From NCBI GenBank assembly GCA_043228905.1, contig JBHGNT010000014.1, positions 9,548,001 to 9,612,000 of the forward strand: a stretch of DNA of 64,000 bases, given 5' to 3'. The notes below the pieces were generated by a model. The model was given only the letters and a program-made list of their open reading frames with translations, was not told the DNA's origin and searched no databases. Numbering within the stretch: position 1 is the stretch's first letter; each line of letters opens with the position of its first letter. The DNA is from Azolla caroliniana. Taxonomy: Eukaryota > Plantae > Polypodiophyta. Of this stretch, positions 10,576 to 23,110 are shown piece after piece. The translations under genes and the position numbers were made by a program.

Positions 10576-12548
10576 CTTCCCTAGCTGGCAGGCTTCACAA
10601 ACTTGGGCCTTCCGGCCATTGAACTTCGGCAAACTAAACATGACTTGTTTCGTTTGCAATTCTTGAACCCTTTGGTAGTTGACATGGCTGATCCGCTTAT
10701 GCCATAAGTTGATGTTCAACTCAAATTTTGTCCTTTGGAGAATAGGGCGGTGCCGATGTCATTTGTGTCGAGGATGAACATCCTCCCTTCTTGCCGCCCT
10801 TGCTCGATGATCTGACCTTCCTCTTCGATGAAGCACCTAAGATGGGTGAACCGAACCTGTATCCCTTGGTCGACAATCTGTCTAACTGACACCAAGTTCT
10901 TCGTGATTGTCGGGACATGCAATACGTTCATCAGTCTCCCCTTTTGTCTGACATGACTCAGGGGGACATCACCAACATGTTCGATCGGATTTGAAGTGTC
11001 GTCACTGGTTTCAATGACTCCCGGTTGTTTTGGTTTCTCCAAGTATGAGAACCACTCTTCGTGGCTTGTCATATGATTTGACACTCCAAAGTCGACATAC
11101 CACACCTCCTATTTTGAAGAGCTCTTTTTCATCGAATTTCCATGTTCAACTTTACTTGATCCGGATTTATCCGAATCGGCCTTCTTTTTCCAACGTTCGC
11201 TCTCCTTGTGTCCTTTCCAACCACAATACTAGCATTCCGTTTCGGCTTTCCCTTACCAGTTTTCGGCACCTTGACTCCCCCTAGTCATGGAGGGTCAGAA
11301 CTACTGTCGGCATGTCGATTATGCCTTCAATTCTACTCTTGTCGGCTGCCACCATTGCGTATCGATTCACTTCGTCCACCACGACCACGAGGCAAATCCG
11401 CCTCCGTGTACAACATTCGGTTGTCAGATTGCATGCTCTTCGTTGCACTTGTGTGGTTTTCCTCGACTGTGAGCATCCATTGCAGATCGAAGAATGACGG
11501 TGGTTTCTCCCTTCTGCAAATAGCCATCTAAATCGGCCCGTACCTTTGTGCTAGACCACCGAGGCAGATCTGTACCATCTCGTCTTCGTCCACCATCACA
11601 TTGATGGACCCTAGGGCATCACAAATCTCCTTGATTTTTGTGGTGTAGTCAGTCACCAGCATATCCCTCTGTTGGAAATTGTTGAGCTTTTGCTGGAGCT
11701 GTGACTTTTGGCACGTGGTACTTGCGGCAAAAATCTTCTTCATATTTTCCCAGGCCTCTTTCAGCGTCTTCACATACCAAATATAGCCCAACGTCTGGTC
11801 GTGTACACAGGATGCAAGGTAGTACAAGACTCTGCTTGTTGCTTGCTCCGACACCAGAAAATCCTTGTGCGTCGAATTCGATGCTACTTCGTTTACTCCT
11901 TCCACATAGCTCTAGTAACCGTGCCCAAGCAGGTACTAGTGCATCTTTTAAGACCAAGATGCATAGTTGCTCCGATCAAGCTTTTTGCTTGGAAGTGAGC
12001 TTGCCATGCTTCTGTCCATTTCTTCTTCTTGTTTGTTCTTACCGGGGTCTAGGGTTTGTCTATGTTACAACTGTTGTCGGCAGCAGGATTTCTCAACCCT
12101 CGCGCTTTGATACCATGTGAAGAATTAGCGTGCGAAAGCTAGGACAGACACAACCGGCTCAACCGGATTGCAACAGAGAACACATAGAGAATACAGAGTA
12201 CTCGAGAGAGACAAAGAGAGAGAAGAACACAGAAAACACGATTTTAAAATAACACTTTGTACATTCAAATGTTCTTAGAGAGCACTTTTATACAAGTCCA
12301 TAAAGGACTGACCGAAGTACTGACAATTACTTCAACGCTCATAACTGAGCTACTGACACTAACTCCTAGGAATTTAACTTCCTAGTAATCTTGGATCTTA
12401 GGCCTCTAACAGCCTTCTGGCTCCACCCGAATTCACCTCGCCGATCCGGCTTCTCGATCCGATTCGGGCCTAGCTGATCGGTCTTCACCAAATCCAGCTC
12501 TCCGCTTGTTCAACCAATCCAGCCCACATTGAGCTTGCTCACTCAACA
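10576..12548 (-). mobile_element. Element C: Ty1/copia (Ale-like), 5' LTR to GAG-pre-integrase; remainder outside window
   Basis: LTR 12116-12548, Met-i-type PBS (TGGTATCAAAGC) directly adjacent, gag from 12019, protease WYVDFGVSNHMT. Confidence 0.9.
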
Positions 12549-12745
12549 CAAGACAATCGAGGACTGGAAACAGCAAAAGTCAGAACCGGCTTCCCAATTG
12601 ATTCCCATGACTATCGACTCAAGTCTAGTCGACCATACACATTCAACTAAGAGGAGACAACTAGTCAGAACAACCGAATTCGAGATGGTAGACTCGGAGC
12701 AAATAACTAATACATATGAGTCGAAATCGACAAACCTACAAAAGT

Positions 12746-13098
12746 TGTTGAGATACAAGCTCGACATTGGGTGCGTAAACCAGGAGGCTATTGGATAGAT
12801 ATTTCGCAGAGGAATATATTTTGGGAATTAGTGTAGAGGCTCATTGATGAGCATTGACGTACGTGTCAGTACTTTTGTCAATCCGTATGGACTTGTATAT
12901 AAGTGCTCTCTAAGCACATCCTATGTCTAGAGTGTTAGAGTATTGTTTTGAAATACAGCTTTTTGTGTTCTGTTCTCTCTGTCTCTCCTGCATACACTAT
13001 GTTGATTAAGCTTTCCATTAAACCTTCCTCATCCTCTTTGTGTTTTGTCTGTTGTTACCCGATTGTGTTTGCTAAGCTTCCGCACGTACTCTTTTACA
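12746..13098 (+). repeat. F 5' LTR
   Basis: Matches 34344-34756 except a ~60-bp deletion between GGTGCGTAAA repeats. Confidence 0.9.
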
Positions 13099-13184
13099 TG
13101 GTATCAGAGCGCGAGGGTTGAGATCCTCTATTGCCGACAAACAGACAAATCCTAATCACGGTGAAGGAACAGAAGAAGAAAAGA

Positions 13185-15097
13185 ATGGACAAAGGAATGG
13201 CTAGCTCACTTCCTACGGAGAAGCTCAAGAGAAGCAACTACGCATCTTGGTTGTACAAGATGCACCAGTACCTGCTTGGGCATGGCTACTAGAGTTATGT
13301 TGATGGAGCTAATGACGCAGCACCCAAATCGACACACAGAGATTTTCTGGCCTGGGAACAGGCAACAAGCAAAGTTCTCTACTGCTTTGCATCCTATGTG
13401 AGCGATCAACTTCTAAGCTACATTCGGGATGTGAAGACGCCGAACAATGCTTGAGGAAATCTGAAAAAGATTTTCGCCGTGAGCACCACGGCCAGAAAGC
13501 TCCAACTCAAGCAAGAGTTGAGCAATGTTCGACAATGAGATATGTCGGTGGCTAACTACACCTCCAAGATCAAGGATATCTGCGACTCTCTCGCCTCCGT
13601 TGATGTAAATGTTGAGGAAGAAATGGTGCAAATCTGCCTCGGAGGGTTAGCATCGAAGTTCGGAGCATTCCGAACTGTTGTTTGTACGCAGGAGAATACG
13701 TCATCATTTTTCGACTTACAGTCAATCCTCTTAGGAGAGGAGAACCATGCGGTTGCGTCAACAAGTACGCACACCGACAACAAGATGTTATACACAAAGG
13801 AAGATAGGCCCCGTGGTAGTGGCAGACGAGGCGAGTTGGCGTGCAATGGAGGTAGTTGACAGGAGCAAGATGGAAGGCATGGTCGTAATGCCAACAGTAG
13901 TTCCGGACCCTCTGAAAGCAAGGAGAGTCGAGGCAGCGCCGGAAACCGGCAAGGAAAACAACCACGGAATGATGGTATTGTGGCAAGAAAGGCCATAGGG
14001 AGAGTGAGTGCTAGAAGAAACGTGTCGATTCAGAGAAAACCGCATCCGGATCCGGGCGGACCGAACAAGGAAATCGGCAGCCATCGCACTATGCCGAAGG
14101 CTCCGAACGAGCCGAAAATGGATCAAGCCCAGCCTTCGTAATGAAGCACAAGGCCAACTCGATGGTGGTGAACACCTCGAAACTGAACAAGTTGTGGCAT
14201 GTTGACTCCGAAGCGTCAAATCATATGACGAGTCACGAGGAATGGAGGTTGGAATGTCAAATCATACATGGAGAAACCGGAAAAACAAGGAGTGGTCGAA
14301 ACTAGAGACAACACTCTGTATACCATCGAACATGTAAGAGAAGTTCCCCTCAACCACCTCAGGCAGAAAGGGAAACTCATGAACATGCTACATGTCCCAA
14401 CAATAACCAAGAACCTGGTGTCGGTCGGACAGATCGTTGACTAGGGGATGCAAGTTCGATTCACGCATCTCGGTTGCTACATCAAAGAAGAGAAATAAGT
14501 CATTGTGCAAGTGCGTCGAGAAGGAAGGATGTTCATCCTCACCACCAATGAAGTCGGAACCGCGTTGTTTGCAAAAGGACAAAAGGTCGAGTTGGACATC
14601 GACCTATGGCACAAGCGGTTCGACCATGTTAACTTCGCGCGGCTTCATGAAATGCAGACGAAGAACATTGTTTTCGGATTGCCGAAATTTAGTGGCCGGA
14701 ATGGCCAAGTTTGCGAAGCCTGCCAGCTCGGGAAGCAACACTAACTTCAATTCCCCAATGAGCGTGATGGTTTACGTGCAAAGAAAAGGGAAATAAGAAG
14801 ATGCTAGAGTACAGCATTGATAAAGACGAGTCAGATTGAAGTGAATCCGACTCACAAAAGAACGAAGTCGAACCTTCAAAAACGAAGTCTACGTCGGCCA
14901 AAAGGGCCTCAAAATCGGCTAATGAGCAATTACGCCGATCCACCCCCCATAAGAACTCCGTGGTTCTATTTGGATACAACGAGTACATGGCACATCATTA
15001 CGCGTACATGATGCGAGTGGCAGAAGTGCGTGATCTGGAGAGCTACGCAGAAGCGGTGAAGGACGCAAATTGGCATGCCGCAATGGAGGAAGAGATG
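13185..15097 (+). pseudogene. F gag-protease-GAG-pre-integrase, jumping at ~14765 to the IN/RT linker
   Basis: SNYASWLYKMHQYLLGHGY, DSEASNHMT, LWHKRF.H, CEACQLGK; many stops. Confidence 0.8.
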
Positions 15098-16148
15098 TGT
15101 TGAGCGAGCAAGGTCAACCGGATCCGGATCGTTGAATAAGCCAGAGTTGGATCGGTGTCCTGATGATATCTAGAACCATGAGCCGGATCGGATTGAAACC
15201 GGTAGGCCGTTAGAGGCCTACGGATCCAGCCTAGTACGTAGGCATATATTTTGGGAGTCAGTCTCAGTCGCTCATATGAGCATTGAAGTACCTGTCAGTA
15301 CTTCTATCAGGCCTTTATGGACTTGTATAAAAGTGCTCTCTGAGCACATTCTATGTACAGAGGATTATTATTTTTTAATTGAGTTTATGTCCTATTCTCT
15401 CTGTCTCTTCCATGTATTCTGTGTGTAAGGTCTCCATTAAACCTTCTTCTCTATGTTCTGTTGCTATCCAACTGAGACGGTTTGTCATACACTTCCGCAT
15501 ATTAACTTTCACATGGTATCAGAGCGCGAGGGCGCGAGGGTTGAGAATCCTCTGCAGCCGACAGATGCTTTCAAAGACAAACCCTAACACCTGGTGAAGA
15601 ACAGAAGAGAACCAAGATGAAGAAAGTCATGGCAAGTTTGCTTCCCACAGAAACGCTCGACCGGAGCAACTATGCATCCTGGTCATATAAAATGCACCAG
15701 TACCTACTGGAGCATGGTTACTGGAGCTATGTGGAAGGAACGAACAATGTAGCATTAGAGACGACACACAAGGACTTCCCGGCATGGGAACAAGGAGCGA
15801 GCGGAGTGTTTTATTGCCCTGCATCCTTTGTGCATGATTAGATGCTCGACTACATCAAGGATGAAAAAACGCCAAAGGAGGCCTAGGAAAATCTTCAGAA
15901 GATTTTCGCCACAAGTACCACATCTCGTAAGTACATCCGGCAAAGAGATATGTCGGTTACGGAGTATACCAACAAAATAAAGGAGATTTGTGACGCACTC
16001 GGGTCCATCAATGTGACGGTGGACGAAGAAGAAATGGTACCAATAAGCCTTGGTGGTCTAGCACAACGGTATAGGCCAATCCGGACAGCAATCTGCACCT
16101 GGGAGAAGCCATTGTCCTTCTTCAATCTGCAATCGATGCTGATGGTCA

Positions 16149-16780
16149 AAGAATACCACATGAGTGGGTCGAGGACCACTCAACCGAACAATTGGATGTT
16201 GTACACGGAGGCGAACCGGCCCCATGGGCATGGAGGACGAGCTGGGTCGGCACGCAATGGCGGCGGTTTGCAAGAGCAAAATCGAAGGCACCGAGACAAT
16301 GCCGACAGCAGTTCTGGACCCTCTACGAGCAAGGGGAGTCAAAATGGCGCCGGAAACTGGCAAGGGAAGGCCAACACGGAATGCTAGTATTGTGGCAAGA
16401 AAGGCCACAGAGAAAGTGAGTGCTGGAAGAAGTGCGCCGATTCGGGCAAATTGGGATCTGGCAAGGCCGGAAGAAAACCACACAAGTGGGTTGAGGACCA
16501 CTCAACCGGACAATTGGATGTTGTACACGGAGGCGGAGTGGCCCCGTGGGCATGGAGGACAAGCTGGGTCGGCACACAATGGCGGCGGCCGGCAAGAGCA
16601 AAATCGAAGGCACCGAGACAATTCCAGACCCTCTACGAGCAGGGGGAGTCAAAACGGCGCCGGAAACTGGCAAGGGAAGGCCAACACAGAATGCTAGTAT
16701 TGTGGCAAGAAAGGCCACAAAGAAAGCGAGTGCTGGAAGAAGCCCGCCGATTCGGGAAAATTTGGATCTGGCAAGGCCGG
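16149..16780 (+). repeat. ~320-bp tandem duplication of the E gag C-terminus including the zinc knuckle
   Basis: Units 16149-16470 and 16471-16780. Confidence 0.9.
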
Positions 16781-19225
16781 ACAGGGAAACTAGCAAAGCT
16801 CGCACTACGTAGAAGGATTGGAAGGATCCGGAACCGGGAAGACCGGTAAAGGGCCAGCCTTCGTGATGAAGCACAAAGAGAACTCGATGAAGAAGACCAC
16901 TTCCAGATCGGAGGAAGTGTGGTACATTGATTGCGGAGCATCTAATCACATGACAAGCCATGAAGAGTGGTTCTCGTTTTTAGATAAACCGAAACAACCG
17001 GGAATTGTCGAAACTAGAGACGACACCTATCACCCGATTGTGCATGTCTGAGAAGTCCCTTTAAGCCATGTGGGACAAAAGGGAAAGCTAGTGAACATAC
17101 TTCACGTTCCAACAATCACAAAGAACCTAGTGTCAGTCGGACAAATCGTCGACCAGGGAATGCAGGTGCGGTTTACGCACCTCGAATGCTTCATCGAGGA
17201 AGAGGGCCGAATAATCGCACAAGGACATAGAGATGAGAGGATGTTCATCCTGAACACCAATGACTTTGGACCGCCTTGTTTGCCAAAGGACAGAAGACTG
17301 AATCGAACATCGATCTCTGGTACAAGCGGATCGGCCACGTCAACTACCGAAGGCTTCAAGACCTGCAATCGAAACAGGTTCTCCTCGGATTGCCAAAATT
17401 CAATGGCCGGAAGGCCCAAATATGTGAAGCCTGCCATCTCAAGAAGCAACACTGGTTTCCATTCCCAACCGAAAAAAAATAGAGTCGTAACAAGCTCGAC
17501 CTAATCCATTCGGATGTATGGGGATGGCACTGAATGTTATTCTTGGCGGGAGTCGGTATTTCGTCTCCGTCATCGACGACTACAATCGATACACATGGAT
17601 CTACCTCATTGAGAGGAAAAGTGCAATCTTCGACTGTTTCCAGAATCTACAAAGCCTAGTCGAGAAGGAAACAGAAAGAAAGATCAAGTTCTGTGGTCGA
17701 ATGGTGGAAAAGAATACTTCTCTGGCCAATTCAAAAGTTATCTACAGCAAAAAGGAATTCGGAGAGAATTCAGTTGCCGAGACACACTGGAACAAAACGG
17801 GGTGGCTGAGAGAAAGAACTGGTCGATTGTCGACGCGGCAAGGGAAATGTTGGAGGAGAAAAGCATGCCCAAGTTCTATTGGGCTGAGGCGGTGCAGACG
17901 GCCGTCTACATCCAAAACCGGATTAGAGATAAGGTGTCCGCACATCAGCTGTATTTCGGGCAGAAGCCCAATTTGAGACACCTTCGGATATTCGGTAGCA
18001 TAGCATATGTGCATGTACTGGATGAGAAGCGAAGGAAGCTGGATTTGAAGTCGGAGAAGTACATACTCATTGGCTACTCACATGAACAGAAGGGGTATAA
18101 GTGTTATAACCCCCAGACTAAACAGGTCCGAGTAAGTCGAGATGTCGAGTTTGATGAGTGAGGTTCAGGTAGAAGATAAAGAATTCGATACTCTAGATGA
18201 GAGTTCGAGGAGACGGTTCACTAGCACAGAGAAGGGGAAGAAGAAGATGTCGGAATACAACACCGGCAGTGAAGAGTCAGATCGGAGTGATTCTGACTCC
18301 GTACAGAATGAAGTCGGATCTTCGGAAACGAAGTCGAAACCGGCCAAGAAGGGACTCAAACAGGCTGACGGAAAATTGCACTGGTCAACCCACCAAATGA
18401 ACCCCATAAAACGGTATGGATACAAAGAGTACATGGCGCATCATTATGCGTACATGACCAAGGTGGCAGAAGTGCGTGAGCCGGAGAGCTACGCAGAAGC
18501 AGCGCAATACGCAAATTGGCGTGCTGCTATCGAAGAAGAAATGCGGGCACTCGATTCCAACGACACTTGGGACCTGGTCAACCTTCCCCGACAATGTAAA
18601 CTGATTGGCTGCAAGTGGGTGTACAAGGTAAAGTAAAATCCCGACGGTTCGGTCAACCGGTACAAGGCCCAGTTAATGGCGAAGGGATACGCACAGACCC
18701 ACGGAATCGACGACGATGAGATCTTTGCTCCAGTAGTGAAGATGATGACAATTCATGTGGTACTGGTTGTTGTTGCAACAAGGGGATGACATCTTCACCA
18801 AATGGACGTGAAGAATGCAATTCTTCAAGGTGACCTTGAAGAACGGGTCTATATGATCCAACCCCCCGGTTTTCAATCGGAATTGAACAGGTCGATAGTG
18901 TGCCGACTCACAAAGTCACTTTATGGTTTGAAGCAAGCCCCCCGAGCTTGGAATGCGAAAATCACGCACCGGTTGCGTAAGATGGGGTTTGTGGCTCAAA
19001 GTCCGACTCTCCATTGTTCATCCGGAAAGGTCTGGATGGTCCAGTTTGTATCCTACTATATGTAGATGATCTAGTCATCACCGGACCCAGACTCGATGAA
19101 ATCAGCCGTGTGAAGTCCCAATTGTCGGACGCATTTGAAATGAAGGACCTGGGGGACCTTCATTATTTTCTTGGGATCGAGGTGGTCCAGACCCCCAATA
19201 GCATATTGCTCTCACAACGCCATTA

Positions 19226-22200
19226 TGAAGAGATAATGCGGAATATTGCTCGACCACAACTGAGTCTTCAATCACTTTAATGAGAATCAAACACATAAAT
19301 GGGAAGTATGGAGTGAACGCACGTACACACAAAGACAATAGAGACTACACAGGATGTTTACGTGGAAAACCCTAATCGGGAAAAACCACGGGAGTCCACA
19401 GACTCTGAAATATCACTATATGAGAGGAAATACAAAGTGGAAACACAGAGGCAACGACCTCGTGCTCTCGATCTTCGCCAGACGGCGGTTACAAAGAAAG
19501 TGCTTGTAGCTACTCTCTCGCTCTCTCTCTCTCTCTGTCTATACAACAGTTATACACATACAACAATATGACAACTACACCTTGGAAAGTGATTGCCCTA
19601 AGTTATATTTATACTTATATGAACTTAGGGCTATTTACAAATATAGCCTCAATAGGCTTACTAAAAACATATTTACAAATATGTCTTCTCTTCCGGTTCT
19701 CACCGGGTCCTCTTCATCCATAACCGGATCCCATCCGGAGGGACCGATTTCCCAACAATCTCCCCCTTCACTCCAACATGGGAGGTCTTTCCAGCCCGAT
19801 CCGCTTACGGCACGCGTCTAGCTTGTCAATTGTCAACACCTTGGTGAGCATATCCAACCCGTTCTCCTCTCGTGGAACTTCGTCAGCACGAACTCTTGAT
19901 CTTCTACTCTCTCCCGGATCTAGTGGTACCTCCACTGGATATGTTTCGTTCAGGAATGGTAGGCCGCGTTCTTTGCAAGGTGGATGGCACTTTGACTATC
20001 ACAGTAGAGCCGGTATTCCTCTTGTTGGATCCCTAGCTCTCCGATGAAGTCCTTCATCTAGATTATCTCCTTGCCGGCTTCTACAGTTGCCATGTACCCC
20101 GCCTCCGTGTTTGACAATGCAATCGTCTTCTGCAACCTCAACTGCCATGATACAACTCCCCCTGCATAAGTCATGACATATCCGGATGTAGACTGGCTAG
20201 TATCCGCATCAGCTAACATATCTGAATCCGTGAATCCATCAAGTTGGGGATTACCGGAGCCGAACCGGAGGCACATACTAGAGGTGCCTTTCAGATACCG
20301 GAGTATCCACTTGAGCGCGTTCCAGTGCTCTTTTCCGGGATTGCTCATGAACCAGCTCACCACTCCGACTGCATATCTGATATCCGGACGGGTACATATC
20401 ATCGTGTACATCAAGCTTCCGACCGTAGAGGCATATGGTATCTTCATCATATCCGTCTTCTCCGACTTTTTCCTCGGAGAATGTTTTCCGGATAGCTTGA
20501 AGTTTGTCGGAAGTGTCAATCCGACCGGTTTTGCCTCTGACATGTTGAACCGCTGAAGCACCTTTGTCACATACTTCTCCTGTGACAACCACAACAACTT
20601 CTTCGACTAGTTCCGGATGATGTGCATTCTCAATATTTGTCTTGCCGAACCCAAGTCTTTCATTGAGAAGGTCCGGTTCAGAGCCTTCTTCAACATCTGA
20701 ATCTTTCCTTGGTCTCGTCTAACGATCAACATATCATCCACATATAGGAGTATTAGGAAATCTCCTCCATCAAATTTCTTCACAAACACGCAGTGATCGG
20801 CCTGCGTCTTGTGGTACCCTTGGTCGGTCATGAAGGAGTCGAACTTCCGGTACCATTGTCGGGGGGCTTGCTTCAATCCGTATAAGCTCTTCTTCAGTCG
20901 GCACACCAGGTGCTCTTTCCCTTTCTTCTCAAATCCTTCCGATTGATGCATGTAGATCTCCTCTTCAAGGTCTCCATGTAGGAATTCCATCTTGATGTCC
21001 AGTTGCTCTACCTCGAGGTCCATGCTTGCCACTATGCCCAATACCATCCGGATGGATGTCATCTTTACTACCGGGGCGAAGATCTCGTCCAAATCCACTC
21101 CTTTCTTCTGTTGGAACCCCTTCACCACAATCCAGGCTTTGTATCTCGATGGGTTTCCGGCATCTCTTGGTTTTAGCTTGTACACCCACTTGTTCCGAAG
21201 TGTCGTCTTTCCCTTCGGCAACTCCGTCAGTTCGTATGTGTGGTTCTCATGTAGGGAATCCATCTTGTCCTGCATGGCACTCAACCACTTGCGGTTGTGG
21301 ATGTCTCTCTTTGCTTCTTCGAAGCTTTCCCGTTGCCCCTCATCGGTTAGCAACACATGCTCTGCATCCAGAAATCTCCAAGGGGCTCTTCTCTCCCGGA
21401 GAGGATATCTCCGTCCTTGGTTTTTGACTACTAGTTCCTCCATTTGTTCTTCATCGGAATCCAATTCGGGATCTTGTTCAGTTCCAGTGTCTCCTTCGTC
21501 TTCTTCTTCGATCGGTTCGGTTTCTTGTCCGAATTTGTCCGGTTCTTCGAGTGTCATCCAGTTACATGCTAACATCAGGTTTTCAACCGGGTAAGTCCTT
21601 GTGCCCTCAAGCTGGTTTTCATTGGATGATCTAGAGTTCATCACCTTCTTCTCCAACTCCTAGTCGACAATAGTCCGGTCTTCCATGAAGACTATGTCCC
21701 GACTCTGGAACACCTTCTTGTCAACCAGATCCCACACCCAGTAACCGAACTCATCATCACCGTATCCGGAACTTCGGATCCAGCTTTGCTCTCTTGTCCT
21801 TCGCCACATCCACGTAAGCAAGACATCCGAACACCTTTACATGCCGGTAGGATATGTCCTTACCGGTCCATACTTTTTGCGGTGTGTCTCCGTCCAAGGG
21901 TACTGAGGGTGATCTGTTTATCACATAGGTCGCCATCATCAACGCCTCAGCCCAAAACATTTTGGATAACTTTGCATGTGCCAGCATGCTCCGGACTCAC
22001 TCCATCACGGTCTGGTTCATCCATTCGGCCAGCCCGTTCAATTCCGGTCTGGAACTTCCAACGAGGTGGCTTGGTGTATCATCCCCCGGAAGGCATTCAT
22101 GTGTCCGCCATACTAGACTCATCATGGTACAAGAGCCTCACTAACTTCCGGAATACCAAAACCCGATTAACGACATTCTTGTTCTGGAACATGATGTCGA

Positions 22201-23110
22201 TCTTCTCCCAGAGGTCATGAGCCTTGCTCTCTTCATTGAAGTTGTTGTACAAGCTCATGTCGAGGAAGCACTGGATGTATGCCGTCATCTTCATGTGCAT
22301 CACCTCCCACACTGTGGCATCAATCTTATCAGGCCTCTTGTCCTCAAATTGAACCAGCAACCAAAGATCTTTAACCACCAGCATATCCCTCATCTTTGAC
22401 TTCCACACTGAGTAGTTGGAACTAGTGAGCTTGAACATGCCACCGAACGATTTTTCCATTTCCTGTGTTGTTCGCTCTGATACTAGTTTGAAGAGATAAT
22501 GTGGAATATTGCTTGGCCACAACCGAGTCTTCAATCACTTTAATGAGAATCAAATAAAGAAATGGGAAGTAGGGAGTGAACGCACGTACACACATAGACA
22601 ATAGAGAGTACACAAGATGTTTACATGGAAAACCTAATCGGGAAAAACCATGGGAGCCCATAGACTCTGAACTATCACTATATGAGAGGAAATACAAAGT
22701 GGAAACACAAAGGCAATGACCTCGTGCTCGCGATCTTCGCTAGACGGCGGTTACAACAAAAAGTGTTTGTAGCTACTCTCTCGCTCTCTCTCTCTCTCTA
22801 TCTATCGATACAATAGTTATACACATACAACAATATGACAACTACACCTTGGAAAGTGATTGCCCTAAGTCATATTTATAGTTATATGAACTTAGGGCAA
22901 TTTACAAATATAGCCTAAATAGGCTTACTCACAACATATTTACAAATATGTCTTCTCTTCTGGTTCTCACCGGGTCCATCCGATCCGGTTTCCAGATCTC
23001 TTCCGGTTCTAACCGGGTCCATCCGATCCGATTTTTGGATCTCTTCCGGTTCTCACCAGGTCCTCTTCATCCAAAACCGGATCCCATCTGGAGGGACCGA
23101 TTTCCCAACA
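19226..23110 (-). mobile_element. Element G: internally deleted Ty1/copia (Tork/Ivana-like)
   Basis: LTRs 19226-19757 and 22489-23110, TSD CATTA (19221-25, 23111-15), mutated Met-i PBS 22474-22485, PPT next to 19758; gag fused to mid-integrase near 22080; RT YVDDML. Confidence 0.94.

Noticed and set aside
16381-16390. Programmed readthrough of a TAG shared by C and E in the zinc knuckle
   Set aside because: F has TGG at this codon, and CTGG>CTAG recurs throughout the window as a mutation hotspot
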